Positions 1 to 10,177 of a stretch of 64,000 nucleotides of DNA are shown in pieces. The notes below the pieces were generated by a model. That model was not told where the DNA came from, ran no database searches, and saw only the letters and a list, made by a program, of their open reading frames with translations. The translations under genes were made by a program, and so were the position numbers. The DNA comes from Candidatus Phosphitivorax anaerolimi (GTDB lineage: Bacteria > Desulfobacterota > Desulfomonilia > UBA1062): positions 30,223-94,222 of the forward strand of contig MPOS01000011.1 in the NCBI GenBank assembly GCA_001896555.1, in the 5' to 3' direction. Position 1 is the first letter of the stretch; each line of letters opens with the position of its first letter.

Positions 1-1797
1 CAGTATCAGCTCTCGGGCATTCTCCACATCGCCAACATCCTGGCCCATATGACCTCAGCAGGGGCATCCGGGAACCGGTTTCCCCAGAAGCTGACGACTC
101 CTCTCTTGAAAAGGTTCGGCCTGAGCGCCGATGTCCTGGATTCACTGATGGAGAAGGTGTCCGGGCAGATCGATGCCATATGCAAGGAGATCGGCATCGG
201 CAAGCCGGTCGAAGGGCTGTTCGGCATCGTAAACACTGCGAACACGAGGCTCGCAGATATCTCCCTGCAGCTCAAGCAGCGTGCCGACGAGGCCCGGAAG
301 GCCAAGCGGAACGCGGATGTCCTCATCGGGCTCCTGGGCAAGCTCAACGATTCGGCCCGGATATCCGACGCCCTCGAAAAGGCATCGGGCTCACTGCTTG
401 AGGCAGGTCTTATCCGGAGCTTCCTGGGAGGAATCAAGGCGGGCGGATACCACCTGGTCTACGAGGTCACCCCGGAACGCAGCTCCCGTTTCATCCGGGT
501 GAAAGACGAGGAGCTCAAGGCAATAATATTTTCCCGCCAGTCTCTGGTGGGCACGATGCTGCCCAGCGGGGTGTTCGTGTACTTCGAGCCTGCAGACGGC
601 GAGGCGGCTGAGGATCACGCGTTCATATCCGCTGTGGTGGGGGCGATCTCGTCATCGCTCAGGCGCATTTATATGGAGAGCAGCATGGCCGAAGGAGAAG
701 ACAGTTTGCGAAAAGCCCTGAAGGGTGCAGCAGAGGAAAAGCAGAAGGCTATGGATGCCTTGAGCCTCAACCAGGAACTCATGAATGCCTCGCCGTACGG
801 TCTGTGCCTCTTGGATGAGAACAGCCGGGTGAGACTCGAGAACGAGAGCTCCCGCGATATACGCCGTGATCTGGGCATTGCAGGAGACGATCTGCTCGCC
901 GCCCTGCCGGACGATTCCCGCGAGGAATGCCGCCGGCTTCACGCCGCTATCGAGTCCAGGCAGGAGGTCGCCTTTGACTGGCACGAACGCGGCCGGTCTT
1001 TCAGGGTCGAGACAAAACCGGTCAAGGTCAACAACTGGCTGCTCGTCGTGTTCCGTGACATCACGAGCGAGCTTCAGGACCAGCGCCGGAAGGTCGCCTA
1101 TGCCAGGATGACCACTGTGGGCAACCTGGCCGCCTCCATGGCGCACAACATGAAGAGCCCTCTGGGCGCCATCCATGGGTTTGGCAGCATCATCAGAGAC
1201 GATCTGAACCAGGGGAGGCTCAAGGTGCTTCGCAACGGGCAGGAGGACGAGGATTTCGGCGAGATGATCGCCAACATCATCACCGGCTCTGAGAACCTGC
1301 TCAAGATCGTGAATCAGCTGCTGAGCTTCACGCGAAAATGGGAGAGCCCAGAAGGCGAGATCGATGTCGAAGGGTTCGTGGACGGCATCTTCCAGATCGT
1401 CTCGGCCCAGGCCAACTCAGCGGGGGTCAAGCTCGTCCGGGAGATCGAGGTGAGCACTGTCCGCACAAGGGCCGAAGCGCTCGAACAGGTGCTCATCAAC
1501 CTTCTGATCAATGCCGTGAAGGCATCGTCCCAGGGCTCCCAGGTCGTCCTGAGGGTGTCGCGCAAAGACGGCGGGGTCGAGTTCGCCGTGACCGACTTCG
1601 GCATCGGCATGGACCAGGATCAGATCATGAAGATTTTCGACCCGCTCTATACGGCATGGCCCGTAAAGACAGGGATGGGGTTGGGGCTTTCCCTTGCAAA
1701 GGACATCGTCGATTCCATGGGCGGACATATCGACGTCACGTCCTCGCCGGGGAAGGGCTCGACATTTTCGGTGTGGATACCGGAAGGTAAAGGATGA
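1..1797 (+). CDS. Cytoplasmic PAS-domain sensor histidine kinase. It is 5'-truncated: the reading frame is open back to position 1, and the first ATG is at 49.
   Basis: HisKA H-box is MTTVGNLAASMAHNMKSPLGAIHGF. HATPase_c G-boxes are DFGIGMD and GMGLGLSLAKDIVDSMGGHIDVTSSPGKGSTFSVWIP. A PAS-like segment lies upstream. No TM helices seen. Confidence 0.85.
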   Translation, partial: QYQLSGILHIANILAHMTSAGASGNRFPQKLTTPLLKRFGLSADVLDSLMEKVSGQIDAICKEIGIGKPVEGLFGIVNTANTRLADISLQLKQRADEARKAKRNADVLIGLLGKLNDSARISDALEKASGSLLEAGLIRSFLGGIKAGGYHLVYEVTPERSSRFIRVKDEELKAIIFSRQSLVGTMLPSGVFVYFEPADGEAAEDHAFISAVVGAISSSLRRIYMESSMAEGEDSLRKALKGAAEEKQKAMDALSLNQELMNASPYGLCLLDENSRVRLENESSRDIRRDLGIAGDDLLAALPDDSREECRRLHAAIESRQEVAFDWHERGRSFRVETKPVKVNNWLLVVFRDITSELQDQRRKVAYARMTTVGNLAASMAHNMKSPLGAIHGFGSIIRDDLNQGRLKVLRNGQEDEDFGEMIANIITGSENLLKIVNQLLSFTRKWESPEGEIDVEGFVDGIFQIVSAQANSAGVKLVREIEVSTVRTRAEALEQVLINLLINAVKASSQGSQVVLRVSRKDGGVEFAVTDFGIGMDQDQIMKIFDPLYTAWPVKTGMGLGLSLAKDIVDSMGGHIDVTSSPGKGSTFSVWIPEGKG

Positions 1798-4541
1798 CCA
1801 TGACGCAGAAGATATTGGTGGTCGAGGATGACCCGGTTTTCAGGAATTACCTGCACCAGGTGCTCAAATACGACTTTGACGTGGTGACGGCGGAGGGGCC
1901 CCTGGAGGCGTTGAAGGCCCTGGAGAAGGACTCGTTCGCGCTCATGATCACCGATCTGAGGATGCCCGACATGGACGGCAGGGCCCTGGTGGAAAAGGTC
2001 CGTGCGGAGATCGATCCGCACCTCATGGTGATCGTCATCACCGCCTTCGAAGACGACTGGCCCATGGACATGGCCATGTCGTCCGATGTGTTCAGGTATC
2101 TGCGCAAGGGCGCCTTCCTCCCCAGCGAGCTCAAGCAGAACGTGTCCAAGGCACTCGAGATGCGGGGCTCCATCGTGTCTCTCGAAGAATACAAGAGGCG
2201 AGCAGACATATCCGAGACCATCTACAAAGACGTGTTCGAGAAGTCTACCGACGCCCTGTTCATCACCGACATCGACCTGCAGCCCGTGGCCCTGAACCGG
2301 CGCTTTACCGAGCTCAGCGGGTATACCCTGGACGACCTCAAGGGCAAGACACTCTTCGACATCATCGACGAGCGGGACCGCCTGGATGCCAAAAGGGCGT
2401 TCAATGCCCAGATCGACGGGAAGCCGCCGGGAACGATCAGGCTGCATTTCGTGAAAAAGGACGGGAGCATCAGATATGTGCGGGTGTGGGCCCGGGTGAT
2501 CCGGGAGATCCAGGACATGTCCAGCGCGGTGTTCTGCATGGCCCGGGACCTGGGCGATGCACAGGAAGAGCGGAGCGCATCAGGCCCGTCCGTCGAAAAG
2601 CTCCAGCAGAGCCTTGTCGAAAAGGACCGTCAGATCGAGAACCTCCAGAGGCAATTCCAGCGTCTTACCGATCACGCCAAGGATATCGTCATCTGGCTGG
2701 ACAAGGATTTTGCCTGCGAGTACGTGAACCAGGAGGTGAGCAGGACGCTGGGGTACACATCGGACGATCTCCTGGGGAAGCAGATCCCCTGGGAAGAGAT
2801 CGTCCACCATGAGGACCTTCCCCTGGTCGAGGCATGGCGGGATGCGACCGGGAAAAAGACCGCAGATATGGAGGGGGAGATACGGGTCTACACGAAGTCG
2901 CGCTACATGCTCTTTCTCTCATACCGCATATCGTTCCAGTACGATGCCCGCGGGATCTTCAGCGGCCTGGACATCATTGCCGAGGATATCACCCAGCAGA
3001 AGATCGCCGAGCAGGAGCTCCGCAACGCAAACCGGAAGATCCAGGAGTTCAACGCCAGGCTCACCAACGGCGTGAGCAGAAAGATCAGGGCGTTGCGGGA
3101 ATCTGAAGAACGCTACAAGCAGATCGTCGAGGATTCCCGCGACATCATCTTCTCTCTCGATAGCGAGGCGCGCCTGGTGTACATGAACCGGATCGGGCTC
3201 AAGACCCTGGGCGTGACCATGGAAGACATCTTCCAGAGGCCCTGCCGGGAGTTCATGGCCGACGAGGCATCCGAAGACATGCTCCGGAAAATGATCGACC
3301 TCATCGGCAGCGGCAAGGCCCCCGGCCCCTTCGATATCTCCATCGAGACCCCGGAGGGCAGGAAGATCTACCGGACCACCCTTACCCAGATCGGAGACCC
3401 GTCGCGGGTCGAATATGTCTGCATCGCGGGCGATATCAGCGAGGAGATCGCCACGAACAAGAGGCTCCAGCTCCTGGCCACCATCGAACACTACAGCGCC
3501 GATGCCATTGTCGGCCTGGACACCGACCGGAGGGTCATCTCATGGAATCACGGCGCCGCCATGATGTTCGGCTGGTCGGAAGAAGAGGCGATTGGCAAGC
3601 CGGGCCTGTTCGTCGTCCCGGACGAGAGGATAAGGGAAGCGGACGAGATCTTCGAAGAGGTGCGCCGCAACGGGCTGGTGAAAGACCGCGAAACCCAGCG
3701 GAAGACCAAGAGCGGCCGGGTTCTCGATGTGCTGTTGACCATCACCGCGCTCAAGGATGCCTCGGGAAACATCTTCGGCTTCTCGGCCATCATCAAGGAC
3801 CTCACCGAGAAAAAGAAGATGGAAGCGGCCCTCATCCAGTCCGAACGCCTGGCCGCGACCGGCAGGCTCTCCGCGAGCATCGCCCACGAGATCAACAACC
3901 CGCTCTATGGCATCCGCAGCTGCCTGAGCCATGTTCTCAACACCCGGAAGGAGGAGATCGACCACCAGTTCGTGAGGCTCGCCATCAAGGAAACCGACCG
4001 GATAGCCGACCTCATCAGGAACATGAAGACCTTCTACATGCCCAACGAGGGCGGGGTGCAGAAGGTCGATATCAGCGAATCGCTGCGCGAGGTGTTCATC
4101 CTCAACAGAAAATATCTCGAAGAGCACGCGGTGAAGTTGAAGTTCGCACCGGACGATGCATATTATGTTGAGTGTATTCCGGATCAGATCAAGCAGGTTT
4201 TCATCAACATCGTCAACAACGCCGTAGAGGCGATGCCGGACGGGGGAGAGCTCCGGGTGGATATACAACACAATGCAGATGCCGGGACGGTCAGCATCTC
4301 GTTCCAGGACAACGGGGTGGGCATTGCGAGTGACGAGCTGCCCCGGGTGTTCGAGATGTTCTATACCAAGAAGACCATGGTCAAGGGCGTCGGCCTGGGA
4401 CTTTCCGTGAGTTACGGCATTGTCAGGCGCCACGGCGGTACTATCGATGTGAAGAGCGAGGAGAGGAAGGGCTCCACGTTCACCGTCACCCTGCCGGTCA
4501 AGAGCCTGTGGGCACGGCAGATGCACCTCGATCTCGAATGA
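1794..4541 (+). CDS. Hybrid signalling protein: N-terminal receiver domain, multiple PAS domains, HisKA and HATPase_c.
   Basis: Receiver motif KILVVEDDPVFRNYL...MITDLRMPDMDG. About four PAS modules. H-box SASIAHEINNPLYGI. G-box GVGLGLSVSYGIVRRHGGTIDVKSEERKGSTFTVTLP. A 4-bp ATGA overlap with the upstream kinase suggests an operon. Confidence 0.85.
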   Translation: MTMTQKILVVEDDPVFRNYLHQVLKYDFDVVTAEGPLEALKALEKDSFALMITDLRMPDMDGRALVEKVRAEIDPHLMVIVITAFEDDWPMDMAMSSDVFRYLRKGAFLPSELKQNVSKALEMRGSIVSLEEYKRRADISETIYKDVFEKSTDALFITDIDLQPVALNRRFTELSGYTLDDLKGKTLFDIIDERDRLDAKRAFNAQIDGKPPGTIRLHFVKKDGSIRYVRVWARVIREIQDMSSAVFCMARDLGDAQEERSASGPSVEKLQQSLVEKDRQIENLQRQFQRLTDHAKDIVIWLDKDFACEYVNQEVSRTLGYTSDDLLGKQIPWEEIVHHEDLPLVEAWRDATGKKTADMEGEIRVYTKSRYMLFLSYRISFQYDARGIFSGLDIIAEDITQQKIAEQELRNANRKIQEFNARLTNGVSRKIRALRESEERYKQIVEDSRDIIFSLDSEARLVYMNRIGLKTLGVTMEDIFQRPCREFMADEASEDMLRKMIDLIGSGKAPGPFDISIETPEGRKIYRTTLTQIGDPSRVEYVCIAGDISEEIATNKRLQLLATIEHYSADAIVGLDTDRRVISWNHGAAMMFGWSEEEAIGKPGLFVVPDERIREADEIFEEVRRNGLVKDRETQRKTKSGRVLDVLLTITALKDASGNIFGFSAIIKDLTEKKKMEAALIQSERLAATGRLSASIAHEINNPLYGIRSCLSHVLNTRKEEIDHQFVRLAIKETDRIADLIRNMKTFYMPNEGGVQKVDISESLREVFILNRKYLEEHAVKLKFAPDDAYYVECIPDQIKQVFINIVNNAVEAMPDGGELRVDIQHNADAGTVSISFQDNGVGIASDELPRVFEMFYTKKTMVKGVGLGLSVSYGIVRRHGGTIDVKSEERKGSTFTVTLPVKSLWARQMHLDLE

Positions 4542-4542
4542 T

Positions 4543-5430
4543 ATGGAACATGCCTTCACCATCCGATCAGGCTTTGTTGCGATCGTGGGAAGGCCCAATG
4601 TCGGGAAGTCCACCTTCCTGAACAGGGTCATCGGCTCCAAGATCTCCATCACCGCCAGCAGACCCCAGACCACCAGAGACCGTATCTTGGGGATCTACGA
4701 CACCGAGGACACCCAGATCATCTTCCTGGACACCCCGGGCATCCATGAGGCCGGAAAGGCCCTGAACCAGTACATGGTCGACAAGGCGCTGAGCACGCTC
4801 TCCGATGCGGACATCGCCATGGTCATGACAAGCCCTGAGGAGACCGCTGAGAAGCTCTCCCGGGTGATGGACCACGTCGGCACGTCGGGAAAGGATGCAG
4901 TGCTCGTCCTGAACAAGGCCGATCTGATCCCTGAGGCAGAGCGGGAGAAAAGGCTCGATCTGCTCGGATCTGTGGGGGCGTTCAGGGGTGCGTATGCGGT
5001 TTCCTCCCTCACCGGCGAGGGCATTGCTGAGCTGCTGGCCGGGCTTAAAAGCCTGCTGCCGGAAGGTCCCAGGTTCTTTCCCGACGACATGATCACCGAT
5101 GCGAGCCTGCGTTTCCTCTGTCAGGAGCTCATCCGCGAGAAGGTGTTCATGCTGACGGGCAAGGAGATCCCCTATGCAACGGCCGTAGAGGTGGAGAAGT
5201 TCCGGGAGGGAGAGCCCACGTATATCAGTGCCGCCATTCATGTGGAGCGGCCCTCCCAGAAGGGCATCGTGATCGGCGCGGGCGGAAAGATGTTGAAAGA
5301 AATCGGGAAACAGGCGAGAATGGACATCCAGAGGCTTCTGGGCACCCGGGTGTTTCTCGAACTGTTCGTGAAGGTGACCAAAGACTGGACCAAGAAGCCC
5401 GCGCGTCTGAAGGAACTGGGATACAAGTAA
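4543..5430 (+). CDS. era: GTPase Era
   Basis: G1 motif AIVGRPNVGKSTFLN, DTPGIH, NKADL, and a C-terminal KH domain (VERPSQKGIVIGAGGKMLKEIG). Length 295 aa. Confidence 0.9.
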   Translation: MEHAFTIRSGFVAIVGRPNVGKSTFLNRVIGSKISITASRPQTTRDRILGIYDTEDTQIIFLDTPGIHEAGKALNQYMVDKALSTLSDADIAMVMTSPEETAEKLSRVMDHVGTSGKDAVLVLNKADLIPEAEREKRLDLLGSVGAFRGAYAVSSLTGEGIAELLAGLKSLLPEGPRFFPDDMITDASLRFLCQELIREKVFMLTGKEIPYATAVEVEKFREGEPTYISAAIHVERPSQKGIVIGAGGKMLKEIGKQARMDIQRLLGTRVFLELFVKVTKDWTKKPARLKELGYK

Positions 5431-6740
5431 TGCCGGTTGTCGCCATTGTTGGAAGACCCAATGTGGGGAAGTCAACCCTGTTCAACCACCTGGTGGGGCA
5501 GAAACGGGCCATCGTAGGGCCCGAGCGGGGGATCACCCGGGACAGGATCTACGGAAGGCTGTCTCTGGACGGCGGCCTTGAGGCCGATCTCGTGGACACC
5601 GGGGGGTTCGACACCACGGGCGAAGGGGATTTTTCCCGGCACATGTTCGATCAGACCATGATGGCGATCCGTGAATCCGACCTCGTCGTGTGCCTGTTCG
5701 ATGCGCTCTCCGAGCTCACCGCAGACGACCGCGAGCTGGTGCGCATCTTGAGAGAGTCTGCGATACCGGTGATCTATGTCGCCAACAAGGTGGACGACCC
5801 AAACAGGAGCGCGGCTTCGGCCATGCTCTACGAGCTCGGCCTCCAGGACTTTGTCGAGATATCGGCGCGGAAGAAGACCGGGCTCAAGGAGCTGAAAGAA
5901 CGGATCAGACTGGCCGTGCAGGACATGCCCGGCACGGATCTGGAACACGAGACCGATGCCGTCAGGGTGAGCATTCTCGGACGGCCCAATGTTGGCAAGT
6001 CGCTTCTGCTCAACCGGATCATCGGTGAGGAACGGGCCATTGTCTCGCCCGTGGCCGGGACCACCAGGGATTATATCGACATCCGGGTGAGCCACGGGGG
6101 AAAAGACTATGTATTCGTGGACACGGCCGGCATCAGGCGAAAATCGCGCATCCAGGACATGCTGGAGCGGGAGAGCGTGCTGCGTTCGCTCAAGAACGTC
6201 AACCTCTCGCATGTCTGTCTGCTGCTCATCGACCCGGCCGAGGGCGTGACCGAGCAGGACAAGCGCATCAGCAGCATCATGGCCGAGCACGGCAGGGCCT
6301 TCGTGGTGGTGGTGAACAAGAGCGACCTCATTGAGCCCGGCAAGCGCACCGAGATCAGGGAGGCGGTCCACCATTCCCTGAAGTTCATCCCCGATGTCAG
6401 GGTCGTGTTCATCTCCGCACTTACCGGCAAGAATGTGGGGAAGATCTATCCCCTCATCGACGAGCTTTTTGCCAAGACCACCACCCAGGTCACCACCGGG
6501 CGGCTCAACCGGGTTCTCGCGGAGGTCACGGAGTCATACACCCCGCCGGTGGTCAAGGGCAGGCAGGTCAAGTTCTTCTACGCCAACCAGGTGGGGACGG
6601 TGCCTCCGGAGTTCCGGATCGTCACGAACTTTCCGGATTCCATCCAGCCCGGTTATCACCGCTATCTCATCCACTCCTTCAAAAAGGCGCTCTCTCTTCA
6701 GGGCGTGCCCATAAAGCTCAGGTTCGTGCCCAGATCGTGA
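5430..6740 (+). CDS. der: Ribosome-associated GTPase Der/EngA, with two tandem GTPase domains.
   Basis: Two P-loops, VAIVGRPNVGKSTLFN and ILGRPNVGKSLLLN, plus a C-terminal KH-like domain. The start overlaps the era stop (TAATG). Confidence 0.9.
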   Translation: MPVVAIVGRPNVGKSTLFNHLVGQKRAIVGPERGITRDRIYGRLSLDGGLEADLVDTGGFDTTGEGDFSRHMFDQTMMAIRESDLVVCLFDALSELTADDRELVRILRESAIPVIYVANKVDDPNRSAASAMLYELGLQDFVEISARKKTGLKELKERIRLAVQDMPGTDLEHETDAVRVSILGRPNVGKSLLLNRIIGEERAIVSPVAGTTRDYIDIRVSHGGKDYVFVDTAGIRRKSRIQDMLERESVLRSLKNVNLSHVCLLLIDPAEGVTEQDKRISSIMAEHGRAFVVVVNKSDLIEPGKRTEIREAVHHSLKFIPDVRVVFISALTGKNVGKIYPLIDELFAKTTTQVTTGRLNRVLAEVTESYTPPVVKGRQVKFFYANQVGTVPPEFRIVTNFPDSIQPGYHRYLIHSFKKALSLQGVPIKLRFVPRS

Positions 6741-6980
6741 GAGATTGAAGAACATCGCACCCTGCATGAGGGTCTTCCCGGATACGATCCGCCTATGGTC
6801 ATCTACGATCTTTTGCCCGCAAGAGCAAAGGCATCCCAAGGTGCACCGGCATAACCGTTGCTGGCGGAATGGAATCTCACCGAATCGTTACGGCCAAACA
6901 TCCCTCACCCAGGTTCGACAAGGGATTTCCCGAATTTTTGTGCCGTTTTGTAAGGTTGGATAATCTATTTGATTTTGTTG

Positions 6981-7153
6981 TTGACACGGGCGTGACCTTA
7001 TGTTTCTATGCAAAGAAACATAGTGATCGCCTGCAGACAGGGATGCGGCCGACGGTGATACATCACCTTCCTCTCCTCCCGCGGGGAGGGGAGGCCTTAG
7101 GGGGCCGGAAGGTTCTTTCCCTCTGCACACGATAACTGATAAGGAGGTTTACC
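6981..7153 (+). promoter_or_regulatory. Candidate promoter (TTGACA at 6981) and a structured leader upstream of trpB2. The leader has perfect palindrome GGTGATACATCACC (7041-7054) and GC hairpin CCTCTCCTCCC-GCG-GGGAGGGGAGG (7060-7084).
   Basis: Read directly from the sequence. The leader is about 150 nt between the -35-like hexamer and the RBS AAGGAGG. Confidence 0.35.
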
Positions 7154-8542
7154 ATGAGCACCAAGATATTATTGAATGAAGATGAGATCCCGAGGCAGTG
7201 GTACAATCTCGCGGCGGATCTGCCCACTCCCATGCAGCCGCCCCTGGGCCCGGACGGGAATCCCATCAAACCCGAGGATCTCGCTCCGATCTTCCCCATG
7301 AACCTCATCGAGCAGGAAGTGAGCCAGGAGCGCTGGATCGACATCCCGGAGGAGGTACTGGAGATTCTCTACCGGTGGCGTCCTTCACCCTTGCGCCGGG
7401 CAGTGCATCTCGAAAAGTTCCTGGGCACCCCGGCACGGATTTACTACAAGGACGAGGGGGTTTCTCCTCCCGGGAGCCACAAGCCCAACACCGCCGTTGC
7501 CCAGGCATGGTACAACAAGCAGTTCGGCATCAAAAAGATCACCACCGAGACCGGTGCAGGGCAGTGGGGCTGCGCCCTGGCGTTTGCGTGCGCCCTTCTG
7601 GGGCTGGAATGCAAGGTGTACATGGTGCGGATCTCCTTCGACCAGAAGCCGTTTCGGAAGCTGATGATGAACGTATGGGGCGCCACGTGCGTGGCAAGCC
7701 CCAGCCCGGACACCCAGGCCGGCCGGGACATCCTGGCAAAGACGCCTGATACCCCGGGGAGCCTCGGCATCGCCATCAGCGAGGCCATTGAAGAGGCGGT
7801 CTCGGACCCGAGCGGTCAGACCCGCTATGCCCTGGGCAGCGTGCTCAATCACGTGATGCTCCATCAGACTATCATCGGCCTGGAGGCCAAGAAACAGCTG
7901 AGCAAGGCAGGCGAGAAAAAGGTCGATGTAGTCATCGGCTGTGCCGGAGGAGGCAGCAACTTCGCAGGCATCGCCTTCCCCTTCGTGGCCGACAAGATCA
8001 ACGGTGCACAGATCGAGATCTATCCGGTAGAGCCCACCTCCTGTCCCACCCTGACGCGGGCTCCTTTCACGTATGACCACGGCGATGTGGCAAAGATGAC
8101 CCCGATGCTGCCCATGCACACCTTGGGGCACGGCTTTGTTTCTCCTCCTATCCATGCGGGCGGGCTCCGATACCACGGGATGGCCCCGCTGGTGAGCCAG
8201 GCCGTAGTAGAGGGCCTTCTCACACCCAAGGCCTACGACCAGCTCCACTGTTATCGGAGCGCACTCATCTGGGCCAAGACCGAGGGGTTCATCCCTGCCC
8301 CAGAGACCTCCCACGCCATTGCCGCGGTCATCGACGAGGCGAACAAGGCAAAGGAGGAAGGCAAGGAGAAGGTGATACTGTTCAACTGGAGCGGTCACGG
8401 CCTCATGGACCTGGTGGGGTATGCAAATTTCATGGACGGCAAGCTCATAGACTTTCCTCTGCCTGAAGAAGACCTCAAGGCATCGCTCAAGTCGATTGAG
8501 GGGCTACCCAAGGCGCCCATGGTAAAGTCCGGAAGGTGGTAA
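7154..8542 (+). CDS. trpB: TrpB2-type tryptophan synthase beta-subunit-like PLP enzyme.
   Basis: PLP-lysine motif GSHKPN. Long TrpB2-type N-terminus ([18 protein letters not shown]). Length 462 aa. Strong RBS AAGGAGG. Confidence 0.85.
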   Translation: MSTKILLNEDEIPRQWYNLAADLPTPMQPPLGPDGNPIKPEDLAPIFPMNLIEQEVSQERWIDIPEEVLEILYRWRPSPLRRAVHLEKFLGTPARIYYKDEGVSPPGSHKPNTAVAQAWYNKQFGIKKITTETGAGQWGCALAFACALLGLECKVYMVRISFDQKPFRKLMMNVWGATCVASPSPDTQAGRDILAKTPDTPGSLGIAISEAIEEAVSDPSGQTRYALGSVLNHVMLHQTIIGLEAKKQLSKAGEKKVDVVIGCAGGGSNFAGIAFPFVADKINGAQIEIYPVEPTSCPTLTRAPFTYDHGDVAKMTPMLPMHTLGHGFVSPPIHAGGLRYHGMAPLVSQAVVEGLLTPKAYDQLHCYRSALIWAKTEGFIPAPETSHAIAAVIDEANKAKEEGKEKVILFNWSGHGLMDLVGYANFMDGKLIDFPLPEEDLKASLKSIEGLPKAPMVKSGRW

Positions 8543-8811
8543 TGCAGCAACGCGCGGTTGAATTCGACGAACTGAGCACCCGATGCCCCATGTTGGGGCA
8601 TCAGGTGCCCTTCTCTTACTGCAGGCAGTGCGGCGGTATGCTTCCCTGCCGGAAGATCGCCGACTGCTGGTCCGGGAGAATCGATATTCTGGGTTTTCTG
8701 AGCAACAGCTTTTCTGAGGAAGAGCTGTTGCAGATAACCGCCCCTCCCAAGCCCAAGCTGCTCCAGATCGTCGAGCTGGCCCGGGCGGCCAGGGACAGGA
8801 ACGGTCAGTAG
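8542..8811 (+). CDS. Small Cys-rich hypothetical protein (about 89 aa, 5 Cys), translationally coupled to trpB2.
   Basis: The ATG overlaps the trpB2 TAA (TAATG), preceded by GGAAGGTGG. Cys spacing CP...YCRQC...PC...DC suggests a zinc ribbon. I recognise no homology. Confidence 0.35.
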   Translation: MQQRAVEFDELSTRCPMLGHQVPFSYCRQCGGMLPCRKIADCWSGRIDILGFLSNSFSEEELLQITAPPKPKLLQIVELARAARDRNGQ

Positions 8812-10082
8812 AGATCAGCCAGCACGTTCAGGTGGCGGTAGACGTTTCTGGGCAGGAAGCCCAGGGCGAGCAGGCTCGACTGGAGGTTCGAGGTGTCTAC
8901 CTTCTCAAGCTCCAGTCCGGGAAGGAGCCTGTTGGTGAGCACATCGGCCACATAGGTGAGGTTGACGATCTCGCTGTTGTCAGGGGCGCTTTCCGGGGCA
9001 TGGTGAAAGGTTATGACGTCCTTGAGAACATCCGGCAGGTTCCATTTTTCCGCGAGCATGAGCCCTGCCTGGCAGTGGTCGATGCCTATGATGTCCTGCT
9101 CGACCTTGCTGGAATTTTCCTTGTTCTCGATGATCATCCGGTAGAAGAGGGGCTGCATCTTACCGATGTACTGGTCGAGCACGACCTTTCCGATGTCGTG
9201 GAGCAGCCCGGCGGTGTAGGCGATATCGGGGTCGATCTTCTTCTGAGCCGTGGCCAGGGCCCTGCACAGCCGGGCCGTTGCCACCGCGTGGTGGAACATC
9301 CCGCCCTGGCAGAGGGAATATCCGCGGTCGGAAGAGTGATAGATGTTTTCGATCTGGGCCGTGACCACCATCTGGAGCAGAACCTTGCTGCCCAGGTAGA
9401 CGATGGCCTGGTCGATCGACGCGATCTTGCGGGGCAACCCGGTATATGACGAATTGCACATCCTGAGCACCTTGGCGCTCAAGACCTGGTCTTTCTTGAT
9501 CTCTGCGGCAACGGTGTTGATGTCGACATTCTCGTCGGAAAGCATCTGGGCGATGTTGAAGGTGATTTGGGGAACCGGGAGAAGCCTTTGGATGGTTTTC
9601 TCGATAGTCTCCTTGTCAACGGACTTTTTCCGGACGACCCCCATGGGCTTCTCCAGCAGAATCGGTTCAATGCTGCACGCCCCGGTATCGAGCCTGAAGG
9701 TCAGGCAGAAAGGGTTTACCCCGCTCGCCTCGAGCGTCTTGATGGCGATGCCCAGCTTTTTCAGAATAGACAGAGTGATCTCGACAGTCTTATAGGCGAA
9801 ATTGATGCTCAGGTCGTGGATGGAGGAGGAATCGACCAGCGCCCCACCGGCAATGAATGCCTCCATGGTCTCGATGCATGCCCCCTGTTCGACCATGGCA
9901 TCGATGAATGTGGGAATCCCGGTGCGCGCATAATACGAGGTGTGATAATCAGGGATGTCGGATACGGGCTCGGGCAGAAGGATGTGGAGCATGCCTCCCA
10001 GCTTGCTCTTGTGATCGTATATGGCAAGGCCTACGCATGAGCTCAGAAAGGCCTTCAGCAGACCGTGCCTGCCGATAACCAT
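8805..10082 (-). CDS. CheD-like chemoreceptor deamidase domain fused to a C-terminal HDOD domain.
   Basis: CheD motif LSSCVGLAIYDHKSKLGGMLHILLPEP. HDOD segment TFNIAQMLSDENVDINTVAAEIKKDQVLSAKVLRMCNSS...AYTAGLLHDIGKVVL. I trimmed the Arg-rich 5' extension of the 583-aa ORF and set the start at the ATG at 10082 (MVIGRHGLLKAF). Confidence 0.7.
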   Translation of the reverse strand: MVIGRHGLLKAFLSSCVGLAIYDHKSKLGGMLHILLPEPVSDIPDYHTSYYARTGIPTFIDAMVEQGACIETMEAFIAGGALVDSSSIHDLSINFAYKTVEITLSILKKLGIAIKTLEASGVNPFCLTFRLDTGACSIEPILLEKPMGVVRKKSVDKETIEKTIQRLLPVPQITFNIAQMLSDENVDINTVAAEIKKDQVLSAKVLRMCNSSYTGLPRKIASIDQAIVYLGSKVLLQMVVTAQIENIYHSSDRGYSLCQGGMFHHAVATARLCRALATAQKKIDPDIAYTAGLLHDIGKVVLDQYIGKMQPLFYRMIIENKENSSKVEQDIIGIDHCQAGLMLAEKWNLPDVLKDVITFHHAPESAPDNSEIVNLTYVADVLTNRLLPGLELEKVDTSNLQSSLLALGFLPRNVYRHLNVLADLY

Positions 10083-10177
10083 ACCCCCGGTGGGAACGAT
10101 CGTTGTCAAGGATGCCCCTCCTGCTCCTTGCAAAGCTGTTTTCCGGTCATTGCCGGATAGCCGGTTGTCTCTCAATA

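Noticed and set aside
3540-4673. A 377-aa minus-strand ORF antisense to the hybrid kinase and era. Also antisense ORFs at 652-1176 and 1647-2447.
   Set aside because: They are antisense to genes with unmistakable HisKA/HATPase/GTPase motifs. No motifs of their own.
5472-6374. A 300-aa minus-strand ORF antisense to der.
   Set aside because: Antisense to a gene with two canonical P-loop GTPase domains.
6840-6960. A tRNA-like T-loop fragment (GGTTCGAC) in the der-trpB2 intergenic region.
   Set aside because: No acceptor stem, anticodon arm or D-arm can be built around it. It is an isolated GGTTCGA match only.
7385-8398. A 337-aa minus-strand ORF inside trpB2, and a 183-aa plus-strand alternative-frame ORF at 7198-7749.
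   Set aside because: Shadow ORFs of trpB2, which carries the PLP-lysine motif and the full fold.
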